Shown here one piece after another: positions 9,660 to 20,821 of a stretch of 64,000 bases of DNA. The notes under the pieces are model-generated. The model was not told where the DNA came from. It made no database searches and saw only the letters and a list, made by a program, of their open reading frames with translations. Each line of letters starts with the position of its first letter. The first letter of the stretch is position 1. A program made the position numbers and the translations under genes. Source of the stretch: Heteronotia binoei (Eukaryota); the NCBI RefSeq assembly GCF_032191835.1, contig NC_083243.1:160828001-160892000 (forward strand). Reading direction: 5' to 3'.

Positions 9660-11819
9660 TTAAGCAAAGAGCAAGGGGGATGCAATTAAAATACCAAAAA
9701 TTTCCGTCGCACAATTTGCAAGTTTGACTACCAAGTTCAGAAGGTCTAAATTTTCTCTCTCAATTAAACTTTGTTCTGTTTTCTTCTGAGCTTCCCAGGC
9801 CCAGATATAAATTTTTGAAGAATTTTTCCCCTTTAAAAAAATGACGAAATTTTTGACCTCACCAATTTAAAATCTGACAGTCAGGTTCAATAGAGCAGGG
9901 CTTGCCCTTTCCAGCAAGCCCAATTTCGCTGGTTTCTGAGCCCCCAAAGCAAAGATATTTAACAAAAAAGTCTTTAAAAAATCCAAAATGGCGGCCGCGA
10001 TTTTTTCTCCTTTTAAAGATTTTTTTTCCCCTTTTAAAATCACCCCAGGAGCCCACCAATAATGTAGTCAATAGTTCTTATCTTCTTACCCTTTTCCCTG
10101 TCGTTTCTGTCACTTTTTAAAGTCCCAAATCTTTTTAAAACGATGTTTTAAATTGGACCTCCCAGCAATGGCTGCCGATGTTTCTCTATGATGTAGAGTA
10201 GGCTTTTTTCTTTACTGCTTCCTGTCTCTGTCACCTTCAACCTTATAGATTGCTTGACGCACTTCCTGTCTTGCTCAGTAGAGTTAGAGGACTGTTCCAG
10301 TATATTCCTGCGCAGTATGGTTGTTTACATTCCACAAATCGTAAGTAGACACAACAATGATTTCTCTTCAATTTTTAGCAGTTTTTAACACTGTCTTTTA
10401 TGTCAAAATAGTCCAAACTTCACCCTTCCCTTCTTCTACTTGCAAGTTTTATATTTTCCCCTTATTTCCACCTTTAAAACGTCTCTTTAGTCTGTAAATA
10501 GCTCCGGAGTGAAAGAAGAGTTTCTGTACCTTTTTTCCTCTGTTTATCCAAGTTCCACTGGTCTTCCAAGACTTTAGTTGTTTAAAAATGTCCCAGAAGG
10601 TTAGGATCGTGACGAGCTTATGCCAAATCAATGGCTCTGAGAGATCTTGCAGACGATAATTTTGCAAACTTCTGAGACTCCTCAAAGCCTCAAAGGACCC
10701 TTCTCCAAAGCTCCTTTTCAGCCAAGGTAAATCTCTTCTAAAGTTTTTAGTGCAAGTCTTGGACCTTTCTCTCACTGAGAAAGGTAGGCAGTGGGCTTTG
10801 GTTTGCCCTCCACTACCCCGAACAAGACCTTCAGCTTGCTCCCGTTACGAGAGACAACTCAGCTCGCCATTTTCCTCCCCGGAAGTCGCTGCTGTGTGAC
10901 TTTAGAGAGAAAGGGCTTAAAGTTTAAAACCCTTCTCTGGGAGTTGTGTCACTTGTATCCTATGGGTCCATAGGGTACAACTGAAAGATCTTTCCCCTTC
11001 TCCAGCCAGCCAGCCCTGGCAGGCCAGCTGGGGAAGCAAAGAGATTAAAGAGAGGTCTCCCCATGGGCTCAGAAGGGCTGCCTGGTTGAAGCTGGACAGC
11101 CCAGCAGAGCCCACAAAACAGCTGATCATGTGGGGGCTCTGAAGGTCAGCAGCTTGAACTACTTTCCATTCTGGGAACAACTTCCACAGTAGCCCTGTGG
11201 CCACCAGCTGCCTGGGGAAGCTGATCCCAGGAGGGAAGGCAGTTTAAACTGCCTCCACCTGGCTTCCCCAGGCGCCCTGCATCTGCAGGTCATCTGGGAA
11301 GTCAATCCTGGGAGGAAAGGCAATTTAAACTGCCTTCCTTAGGAACCCTGCGGAAGCCAAGGCTTGGAGAGGAGGAATGAACCCTTCCCAAACCTCCATG
11401 GGAAGGGTTCATGGGAGGCACTTTTTCCTAAACCGGCCTGGTTTGTTGATCACTTTGTGCCCAACTTCTTAATGTCAGTGTTCCCTTGTCCTGCTGTTTT
11501 AAGTGCTGGTGTAAGAAATCTGGGATTTTATGAGTAAGCAGTATGAACATAACTCTGCTTTGCTTGCCATCAGAAGTCATTACAGGTAGAGCTGCATAAA
11601 ACCTCAAGCGCTCTGCATTTGCCCCATGAAGTTTTGAATGCCCCCCAAGGTCTGCAGATTGCACCTTGGAGGGGATGTATAGCCCCTGTTCAGAATCCAT
11701 GATCTAGAAGTCAATGAGTTTGTTCCAGCCTAAACTGGCAATTCCACCCATTTCCCCTTGCTGCTGCAGACCCCCACCACCACCATTCCACAAAGCCAGT
11801 GCATGGATTCTTATCTAGT

Positions 11820-12052
11820 TCAGTGTATGGATTTTTGTCTGGGAGGCTTGATTCTCCACTCTGCTGATGTGACCTTGAGTCAGTCACAAGTTCTCGTAGA
11901 GCTGTTCGTCTCAAGAGCAGTTTCTGTCAGAGCTCTCTCAGCTCCACCTACCTCATGGGGTGTCTGTTGTGGGGAGAGGAAGGGAAAGATTGTAGGCCAC
12001 TCTGAGACTCTTTTGGGTAGTGAAGGGCAGGGTATAAATCCAATCTCTTCTT
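11820..12052 (+). mobile_element. tRNA-derived SINE (Squam3-like), degenerate
   Basis: Body and tail (ctcatggggtgtctgttgtgggg...ctctgagactc...gggtataaatccaat) match the copies at 49893-50158 and 52122-52372. Confidence 0.75.
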
Positions 12053-12699
12053 CTCTATCACCCATGAACAGCATTTTAGGATATTTATGGGAGTGGGGAA
12101 GCAGGAAAGTTCCGTTTTGCTGATGGAAAATTTAGACTGGATCAAGATCTGTTCCTGTTGTCTGCAAAATTTAAAGTTCTCATCTGAAAGATCCTAAGGT
12201 ATATGAATGCCGTCATGACTGATAATTGAGGAGTTGGAGACACCATAACGACCACTCAGATAAAAAGTAACTATAAAACTCAAAATGAACTAAATTGCCT
12301 GAAGGTCATGATTCCGCCTATTGAGTAGCACCACAATGTTGCTTTTAACTTGTTTTTAATATTGTTTTAAGTTTACTGATTTTAGGTAATTTTTGGTTGA
12401 TTGTTAGAGGGCGGGAAATAAATCCAGAGTAAACTTTATAATAATAACTTTATAACAGAGTAAATCCAGAGTAAACTTTATAACAGAATAACTTTATAAG
12501 CAGGGCTTTTATTAGATACAGCCGCACCATGTATTCATGTTAGTGTCACATCCTTTACCCATTGAAATGTTTTTTTCTTGTGGTTTCTGGACTGCTGCTT
12601 TTGCCGGCATGGTCTCATGTATCTGTTCTTTTGTAAGTGGCTAAAGGCTATTTGAGTGATTGTTTCACTAATCACAAGTTTGCATTTGTGTTTGTTAGG

Positions 12700-12878
12700 C
12701 ACGTGAAGCTGCGTTCTACTGAATTAAACCATTATCCTTCACAATCAGTACTGTTTTCTCAGATTAGTAGCAATTCTTCTGGGTCTCAGGCAGAGAGCTC
12801 TTTAACACTGCCTAATAACTGATCCTTTTATGTGGAGATGCCAGAGACTGAACCTGGTAGTTTCTGCCACTGAGCCAC
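12700..12878 (-). mobile_element. tRNA-derived SINE (same family as 18200-18365)
   Basis: Minus strand reads gtggctcagtggcag...caggttcagtctctggcatctcc...ctctgcctgagaccc...cagcttcacgtg. Confidence 0.65.
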
Positions 12879-12889
12879 AACAGATATGA

Positions 12890-13990
12890 ACTAACTTTGA
12901 TGGAAAACCTCCGTAGGCTCCTAGTGCAGTTCAAAATCCATGTGTTGAATTGCTAATACATTTACTTATGAACCATTTTTTCAATAATTTTTTGAATAAG
13001 TTCAAGGAGCTTTTTCCTTGCGAAACCTGTACAGATGACCATCTAGAAATTTTCTGGATGGTTTTTGAATTTGGCCCTGATACAGCATATCACCGCTTCT
13101 TCATTGAAATAGCTAGATCAGGGGTGTCAAACTCATTTATTATGAGGACCGGATCTGACATAAATCAGACCATGTCGGGCTAGGCCACGTGTGTATTTAA
13201 GTTGAGGTAGCAGAGAGATAAATTTTATAAAGAACACAAACACAAATATATCTTTTTTAAAAAAACTTAAAACGTGCTTAAAACGTTAGCACACATTGGT
13301 CTTAAAGATGCTTTAGTTTGTTTTTCTTCCATGGGATCCAGGGAACTGGGCAAAGGAAGCTCTGGCTCTTTCCTTCCTTCCCCAGGGGATCAGGAGGCAG
13401 AGGAGTCTCAGCTAATAGAAGGAAGAGAGGCTTGGCTCAGTAGTTGTGCAATTGAAAGAGCCTAGCAAAGCAAGCTACTCCCCCCCCCTTCCTAAGGGAG
13501 GAGCTTCAGCCAATGGAGAAAATAGAGGTTTTGCTCTGTAGCTTCTGTGCAATTGAGCAAGCCTGGCAAAGCAAGCTGAAGGGAGTGAGATATAGGGAGA
13601 AGGAAGCAGATGACAACCAGTTGCTCGGGGGCCTGATTCGGCCCTCGAACTGCATGTTTGACACCCCTGATCTAGATGTACTGAAAACATGTCAGCTTTT
13701 AGTATTTTATCTGCCACAGCCTTCTTTATTCAGTCACTAGGGTAACATAGATTTCTTTTTGATAATGTCGCTCTATTCCTATTTCTCCCTAACAGGTACA
13801 CTTCACTCGATTATCTGAACATCTCTTACAATGAGTTATTTGCTGAGATGCATGCATTCTTCTAGACATTTTACTTATTTCCTGTTTTTTCTAATCCAGG
13901 TGTGGTAGACTATTTCTACAGTTGACCTCAATGCTGCCTTGTGTTACTGCAGATATTATGCAGAAATATTTGAAAAGCCATTAGTACTAT
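12890..13990 (-). pseudogene. Decayed hAT (Charlie/Buster-like) transposase fossil, interrupted by a MITE
   Basis: With the MITE removed and frameshifts allowed, the minus strand gives EECMHLSK*LIVRD / IKKAVADKILKADMFSVHLD / DIS-NEEAVICCIR / KLLELIQKIIEKM / SKCISNSTHGF*TALGAYGGF. These are collinear with recalled Buster motifs EELILPAAKDIVRE, FSLQLDESTD and KCVGICTDGA.AM.G. Confidence 0.55.
13119..13669. mobile_element. hAT MITE
   Basis: TIRs caggggtgtcaaac / gtttgacacccctg with an 8-bp TSD agctagat / atctagat (one mismatch). Confidence 0.88.
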
Positions 13991-15389
13991 AGATTTTAAA
14001 TTGAGCAGTAAATTTGGGAAGGCTTTTTGCCTCTGAAATCAGGAGATCTTATGAAGAGACAGTGTGCAAAGTTTAGTATTAAAGAGAAAAATAGAAATTT
14101 TATACATTTGCTAAAAGCTTTATACGAAAGTAGCAGTATATTGCTGCATGGATATCACATCCTTCCTGTAAGAAGATCTGGCTCACAAAGGTAATTAAAA
14201 TGTTCAAAGTCTAAAACTAGCCCAGCAGATCTAAATGCAGCTTGTTCCCTATTCTCCAAATCTAGCCACGATTCAAAAGGAGGCCTTTTGTTGCAGGGAT
14301 ATTATTCTCACCATGAAATAAAAGTGCAAAGGAAAGTGTCTGTTGGTTTGGCAGGTTGTAATGCAGTGCCACTGTCCACTCACCTCTCTCTCCCCATGTT
14401 GACTGAAGCTCATTTTTAAAAATGACACACAGTGGGGAATGAGAGGATTCGTGCTCTGATTTTTTTCCTGCGTGTGCAAACATACCTAGAGTACTAATTT
14501 CGTATTTTATACAATAATCCTTTTTGTAAAAATTTCAGAATGTCATTCATTGACAACACTTAAAGAAAATGTGGATATGATACGACAAGTCCTTAGGTAT
14601 TAAAATTGTGGCATGTTGAGTAACCAAGATAACAGGTAAGAAAAACAAAATTACAGCAATTGAGTTGGAAGATTTTGCACCAAAGACATTACTAGATACA
14701 ATGAATGCAATGGTGGACAGTCTGAAGTTGCAACCAATGACATTATTACCTGGCATTTCTAGAAGGCTCTGGCTCTAGCCACACCCACCCACTCACCCAT
14801 CTGCTCCCAGTGGTTGACCACAGAGGCAAGTTGTCCCAGCTGCAGTACTCCATATGCTCATGTAGTTATCTGACCAGGCTAGCAATGCTATTTGCAGTGG
14901 AGGCAGCAATGACCCTACACAGCACCAAACCACTTACTGGGAAAGGGCTGGGAAGTGAAACAGCCCTGAGGTTTCAAGCTGAGCATCTTCTGCTGTGCTT
15001 TAAGCCAACACTGCAGGATCACTCAGCTCAGTGGGGCTAATAATGGGCATTATTAGCTCACCCACTGCATCAACTCCCAAAGTGGAAGCAGTGCAGGAGG
15101 AGACCGTTGGTGAGCTGACACAAACTGCCCTGGCTGACTGAGGGGTCTGGGCCGAGTTGCAGAGGCTTGGCTCTGCTTGCTCCTAGCCACTAGCAGCCCT
15201 GTAAGGCAGAAGTCCATTGGAAAATTTCCCTGTTAAGTTAAATGGCCAATCTTTCAGAAAATTAAAGGGCTATGCTCTTCTTGGTCTTAATCCAAACTCA
15301 ATTCAAAAAAGCTACAAAATTGGTCCCAGTTTCTCTAAATAGAAATATCTTCTTTCAACTAGCAATAATGATGACAATAAAGTCTTCTA

Positions 15390-16833
15390 CTGTATCATCA
15401 GTGCTACTATAAACCCAGCCTCTAAAATCCCATGCTGTATTGCCTCTTTGATGTGGGAAGTCTATTTTAAGAGGCTATTCTCCGATGCTAATGATCCTAG
15501 TGCATCTATCACTATTCCTCTTGGTGCAATAGCATCCTGGCCCATTTCCACACAAATTAACATCAGTGCACAAATACCTGGTTTATGGAAACATCCTATT
15601 ATTATCCTGATATTTTAAAAGGGACCCAGAAGTGGCCCATCCTGCTATTGACCAATCAGTCTTCTCTAAGAAAATTATATTCTGCTTACTTACTAAAGAA
15701 GCTCCTGGGTTTGATGGAATCAGAAACCATACTAGGGCGTGAACATAGGATTTAGGTGGGGTTCCTCATCATATGACCTTTGCCTAATTATCACCTGGCT
15801 GAAAAATATTCATTTTAAAGGAGGGGGGAAGATTACATGTGGCTTTTATTGACCTCAGGGGGTCCTTCAACCCCATAAATTGCCCTAGATTGTGGAACAA
15901 ACTTAAACCATCATAAAGAAAAGGCTCCTAGGACTTATTCAACACATACTCAGGTTTGACTGCCCAAGTATGATATCGATATGATGGGAATTAGACAAAT
16001 CATTTAATTTGGAAAAGGGGGTTTGTGGGGGATACTTGTTGGCACTTTTCCTATTTAATTTATATTTAAACACAGCATTGATTTTTGATTATTACTGCCA
16101 TCCACCCAAATTAGCTGAGATTGGTGTACCTATTTTGCTTTATGCAGATAATGCAGTGATTTTGTCCCAAACAGGGTCGGACTTCCTATTTGAGGAATCT
16201 GTTTTCAGCAGATCTATCTTGCACACAGTAATTCAGAACAGCCCTTCACAAATCAAGCTTACACAAGCACCATAAATAGGTTCTTCCACAATAAAGTGGG
16301 GTTGTATTCCTGGAGTCATGCAAGCCTTTAATTTGAAAGCAGTTCCCCTCATTTTTTATGGTTCAGCTATTTGGATTAAAGCTATCTCTGATAATATTGA
16401 CCAACCACTAGCCCAGTTCTTAAGGAAAATATTGGATATTCTCTGCTGTGCATCAAACCATCATATTACAGGCAGAATCTGGACAGATATACTTGGGAGC
16501 ATTTGCCCTCAAACTGAGATTAAAACAGCTCTATGCTGAAGATGTTTTGTTAGCTGCTTTAAATCAGGATACACACAAAGCAATGTGGCGGAAGGCCCTG
16601 GATGAGAAACTGATGAAAGCTGGAATGTCGATTGATGATATTTTTGAGATAGGCAAAATTAAAGCATTGTCTCTGATCAAAACGTGAGTCCTGGAAATGG
16701 AACATAGTAGTTTGATTCTGAGAACTCGCAGAGTATGCTGACTCCTATTTTATAGTCTTTCTTACTCCTATATGTACTACCTTACCATTCCATATTACTG
16801 CAAAGCTTTTTTGTTCGCAAGACTGAATATTAA
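15390..16833 (+). mobile_element. Degenerate non-LTR retrotransposon RT fragment (RTEX-like)
   Basis: Frames give APGFDGI, AFIDL, KGV..G..LA.FLFNLY and PILLYADNAVILS. Same family as 41130-41745. Confidence 0.75.
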
Positions 16834-16887
16834 TTTTCCTAACTGAGCCCCAATGAATTAATATTCATTGGGGCTCAGTTAGGAAAA
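16834..16887. repeat. Perfect 25-bp inverted repeat with a 4-nt spacer
   Basis: ttttcctaactgagccccaatgaat-taat-attcattggggctcagttaggaaaa. Confidence 0.97.
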
Positions 16888-17692
16888 CTGATCTGCACTA
16901 ATGATAGCTTAAAAGCCAAACCACAATTTGGGCTTCCAGCTGTACAAATCATGATTAAAAGCTGCTTGTATATTTTAATTTTCCACCTCCTAAACATTCT
17001 ATTTCTAAAATTTAGAGGGCAAACCAGTAGCGATAATTCAATGGTATATTAAACATCACGAAGACATAGCTACACACACCCAAATTTGGCAAGTTTGGAT
17101 TGATGGTCAGTTGTGAATATGTGTTCAGATGTCGTATTAAGGCAGTTGAACGTCCATGGCTTGGTGTGATGTCTAAAATGAACTGCTGTGATTTAAGCCC
17201 ATTACTGCATCCATGTTAATAATCCATGGCCTTCCTCCATAGAAAAATAGCTACTCTTTAGCACTTACTTACTATAGTACAAATTCCTCAAACACTCTCT
17301 CAGAATTCCTTATTCCAAACACAGTTCTCATTTTCAGGACAAAAGTTGGAGCAAAGGTGTTGTTTTATACTTCCTGGAATGGAACATTGTACCCACTGTA
17401 CTTCAAAAGTATGAATAATGGAAACATTGATAAAATCTTTTAAAATTATTAATATTTGAGGGGAGAAAGCCTTCCCCATCAATTAGTGGTAGCCAAGTCA
17501 TTTGCAAATTTATAATTCTCAGTGGAAATGTCTGTCCACCCCCAAGGAGTGGATTTTTGATATATAAAAGTGTCACAAACATTGAAAGCCTTCTGTTTAC
17601 AAATCTACATAAAAAGCTTAGGATACAGAAAATTCATTCATATGCAACATAGCATTTGTACACCCATTCCACATAGAAGAACTTTGGTTTCT

Positions 17693-17725
17693 CTACTTTC
17701 CATTTGCAGCACTGAACATTCGTTC
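17693..17725 (-). CDS. TALDO1: Transaldolase exon 8 (ERMFSAANGK*), 33 nt
   Basis: cttag acceptor and TAG stop. The eight exons sum to 1014 nt = 337 aa plus stop. Confidence 0.93.
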   Translation of the reverse strand, partial: ERMFSAANGK

Positions 17726-18199
17726 CTAAGAGGGAAAAAAAAGAGGACTTAATGGCCAAATTTAATAGTCAGTCATATATCTAAGAACTAAGTCATAATC
17801 TAATCCAGTACAAAAATTCAGTACATTACTTCCTGAAATACTTGCAGAAATGCAGGGTAGTTGACATTATTTCCATTTCAAATAGGCATTTGTATAGGAG
17901 ACAGTTTCGAATCTGGGGAACAAAGTTCAATACCAGCACCTTTCAATTTCTAATATTCAAGGGCAGGTTTTGAGGACCTGAGTGAAAAAGCCTCAAACCA
18001 GAAAAACCTAAAAAGCCCTGAGCTGCCATTTAACAGACTTATCAGACAAATAATGATGTAAAAGTACATGTATACTCAGGTAAAATAACTAGTTTCTCTC
18101 GACTTCAGCACCAGTAATTATTTCAACTTTTATCAAGTTTAGTTGTTCATAGATTTTAAAGTCATGGTGGGGAAAAAAACAGTGTGAGACAGTATTGGT

Positions 18200-18365
18200 A
18201 TATCAAGGTCAGTATTGTCACCTCTGACAGGCAGCAGCTCATCAGGGTCTCAGGCATAGGTCATTTTTATCGCCTACCACCTGACCCTTTAACAGTAAAT
18301 CCTGGGGATTGAACCTGGGACCTTCCGAAAGCTAAGAAGATGCTCTACCACTGAGCCCTGGCCCT
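18200..18365 (-). mobile_element. tRNA-derived SINE
   Basis: Minus strand gggccagggctcagtggtagagc (A box) ... ggtcccaggttcaatcccc (B box), then a non-tRNA body. Confidence 0.8.
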
Positions 18366-18438
18366 ACAACCGAATGCCAACTGTCATTCTCAAAAACCTT
18401 ACTAGCTCTGTACCTAGATAAAAACCTCTTAATTTTAC

Positions 18439-18584
18439 CTTTATCATCCGTTCCAGTTTAATGGCATCAGCAGCAAACTTTCTGATCCCATCAGACAATT
18501 TCTCCACAGCCATTTGGTCTTCATTGTGAAGCCAACGGAATGTCTTCTCATCTAGATGGATCTTCTCAAAGTCAGATGCCTGGG
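18439..18584 (-). CDS. TALDO1: Transaldolase exon 7, 146 nt
   Basis: AG/GT bounded. (A)[48 protein letters not shown]. Confidence 0.96.
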
Positions 18585-18680
18585 CTGCATTGAGGGATAC
18601 ATCAAATTATGGAATCTTCACAAATATAACAACCCAAGCTATTTGAACAGCGCAGTCAGTGAATGCCCATCTTAAGACTG

Positions 18681-18875
18681 GTGATGGTGGAAAGTGCTGT
18701 CAAGTCACAGCTGACTTATGGCAACCCCACAGGGTTTTCAAAATGAGACTTCAGAGGTGGTTTGCCTTTGCCTGCCTTCGTGTCACACCCCTGATATTCC
18801 TCAGAGGTCTCCCATCCAAATACTAGCCAGGGGTGTCCCTGCTTAACTTCTAAGATCTGATGAGACTGGACTAGC
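18681..18875 (-). mobile_element. 5S rRNA-derived SINE (5S-Sauria-like)
   Basis: Minus strand gtctcatcagatcttagaagttaagcaggg...ctggctagtatttggatgggagacc matches the 5S internal promoter region. Followed by a Sauria/BovB-like tail (ggcaaaccacctctg...gacttgacagcac). Confidence 0.8.
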
Positions 18876-18965
18876 AAGAACAATTCCAAGATTGCCCCCT
18901 TCAAAATCCAAATGGCTAACATCATTTATGTATTTAAATATTTATACCCCACTATTCTTCTCAAA

Positions 18966-20148
18966 GGGGCCCCATGGCACAGAATGGTAACTTGCAGTAC
19001 TGCAGTCCAAGCTTTGCTCACAACCTGAGTTTGATCCCGGCGGAAGCTAGGTTCAGGTAGCCGGCTCAAGATTGACTCAGCCTTCCATCCTTCCAAGGTC
19101 AGTAAAATGAGTACCTAGCTTGCTGGGGCGGGGGGGAAGTGTAGATGACCGGGGAAGGCAATGGCAAACATAAGAGAAGCCATGTTGGATCAGGCCACTG
19201 GCCCATCTAGTCCAACACTCTGTGTCACACAGTGGCCAAAAAAAACCCCTAAATGCCATCAGGTTCACAAGTGGGGCTAGAAGCCCTTCTACTTTAACCT
19301 CCCCCCCCACGCACCAAGAATACAGAGCATCACTGCTCCAGACAGTTCCAATAATATGCTGTGGCTAATAGCCACTGATGGACCTCTGCTCCATATTTTT
19401 ATCCAATTCCTTCTTGAAGCTGGCTATGCTTGTAGCCGCCGCCACCTCCTGTGGCAGTGAATTCCACGTTAGTCACCCTTTCGGTGAAGAAGTACTTTCT
19501 TTTATCCGTTCTAACCTGACTGCTCAGCAATTTAATTGAATGCCCACGAGTTCTTGTATTGTGAGAAAGGGAGAAAAGTGCTTCTTTCTTTACTTTCTCC
19601 ATCCCATGCATAATCTTGTAAACCTCTATCATGTCATCCCGCAGTCGATGTTTCTCCAAGCTAAAGAGCCCCAAGCGTTTCAACCTTTCTTCATAGGGAA
19701 AGTGTTCCAAACCTTTAATCATTCTAGTTGCCCTTTTCTGGACTTTTTCCAATGCTATATCCTTTTTGAGGTGCAGTGACCAGAATTGTATACAGTATTC
19801 CAAATGAGGCCACATCATTGATTTATACAGGGGCATTATGATACTGGAGAATTTGTTATCAATTCCCTTCCTAATAATTCCCAGCATGGCATTGGCCTTT
19901 TTTATTGCAATCGCACACTGTCTTGACATTTTCAGTGAGTTATCTACCACGACCCCAAGATCTCTCTCTTGGTCAGTCTCTGCCAGTTCACACCCCTTGT
20001 ATTTGTAGCTGGGATTTTTGGACCTAATGTGCATTACTTTGCACTTGGCCACTTCATAAGAAGTCTGCCAAGAAAACATCATGATGTGATGTCACCCCAT
20101 GGGTCAGTAATGACTCAGTGCTTGCACAGGGGACAACTTTTACCTTTT
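18966..20148 (+). mobile_element. Sauria SINE split by a CR1 insertion (5' part 18966-19168, 3' part ~20050-20148)
   Basis: gactcagccttccatccttcc...ggggaaggcaatggcaaac, then resumes aagtctgcc...gcttgcacaggggac...acctttt. Confidence 0.85.
19169..20049 (-). mobile_element. 5'-truncated CR1 LINE
   Basis: ORF 19399-20082 has KCKVMH, ERDLGVVVDNSLKMS, PHLEYCIQFW, LEKVQKRATRMI. The 3' end has the CR1 (cataagaa)-type terminal repeat. Confidence 0.93.
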
Positions 20149-20149
20149 T

Positions 20150-20270
20150 ATTCTTCTCAAAGTGGCTTACAACACCATTTACACCTTGGCCCATTTTATC
20201 CTCACAACTACCATATTGTGAGGGTTAAGCTGAGAGAAAGTGACTGGCCCAAAGTCAGCTATCCAGCACA
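20150..20270 (-). mobile_element. MIR/L2-related SINE fragment
   Basis: cccattttatcctcacaac...gtgagggttaagctgagagaaagtgactggcccaaagtca, similar to 53490-53650. Confidence 0.6.
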
Positions 20271-20821
20271 TCATACACAGCAGGTATTCATTCTCAGCTA
20301 CTTAACAAGGAATAGCCAGGTATTCAGCATTTAAAACATACGTTGAGAGTTCTGTTATGATTTTGGCTCACAGAAAAATATGGAATAATAATGCAAAAAC
20401 AAATATTCTAATTTGGATATCAGTGGTCAAAAGATGAGCAAACCGGTTCATCTAATCAATGTATCATGGGAGGCTTTTGTTAACCACACAATTTTGTTAA
20501 TTCACACAATTTAACAGCCTGTTAGTACATAGTTTATCCACCTATCACATCCAGAAAGCACAGGGTAACAATAAAAGAAAAATGAAAGCAACTTATCATG
20601 AATTTTAAAATGTTATATTGAAACAACTGCTTCTGAATAGTAACACACATTTTTCACCCCTTATCAGCTCCGAGTTCATTTCTCCTAAACTTTTATTCAG
20701 TATACAGTATTTATGTTATCTCCAATGTCACGTTGAACCAGGGATTCCAAGAACATTATAAAGATTAATACAAAGTGTCTGAGAAAACAGCAGTGCAAAT
20801 CAATTCAATGAATGTTTTGAA

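Larger units (their letters stand above)
4876..10887 (-). mobile_element. Full-length L1-clade LINE (~6.0 kb) with intact ORF1 and ORF2
   Basis: Identical 16-bp flanks gctgctgtgtgacttt at 4860-4875 and 10888-10903 (TSD; starts AAAG on the element strand). ~1.2-kb 5'UTR, two open ORFs, ~270-bp 3'UTR with AATAAA. Confidence 0.95.

Noticed and set aside
10449-10775. 108-aa sense ORF in the L1 5'UTR, and a 72-aa antisense ORF at 9902-10120 (ORF0-like?)
   Set aside because: Both start at non-ATG codons (GTG, TTG) and show no recognisable motif.
4419-11468. Possible ~1-kb MITE (gggatgggcatgaac ... tttgtgcccaac) hosting the L1
   Set aside because: The putative TIRs are too degenerate and no TSD was found.
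12420-12500. Short tandem repeats (aaatccagagtaaactttataa), and similar small duplications at ~26446-26470 and ~46402-46437
   Set aside because: Irregular slippage duplications without spacers; not CRISPR-like or otherwise structured.
13796-13865. LRR-like peptide YTSLDYLNISYNELF after an acceptor-like site on +
   Set aside because: It lies antisense to the hAT transposase fossil, which explains the pyrimidine tracts. No further LRR units.
18200-18875. tRNA or 5S rRNA genes
   Set aside because: The heads are diverged and fused to SINE bodies, with no complete cloverleaf or full 5S gene.
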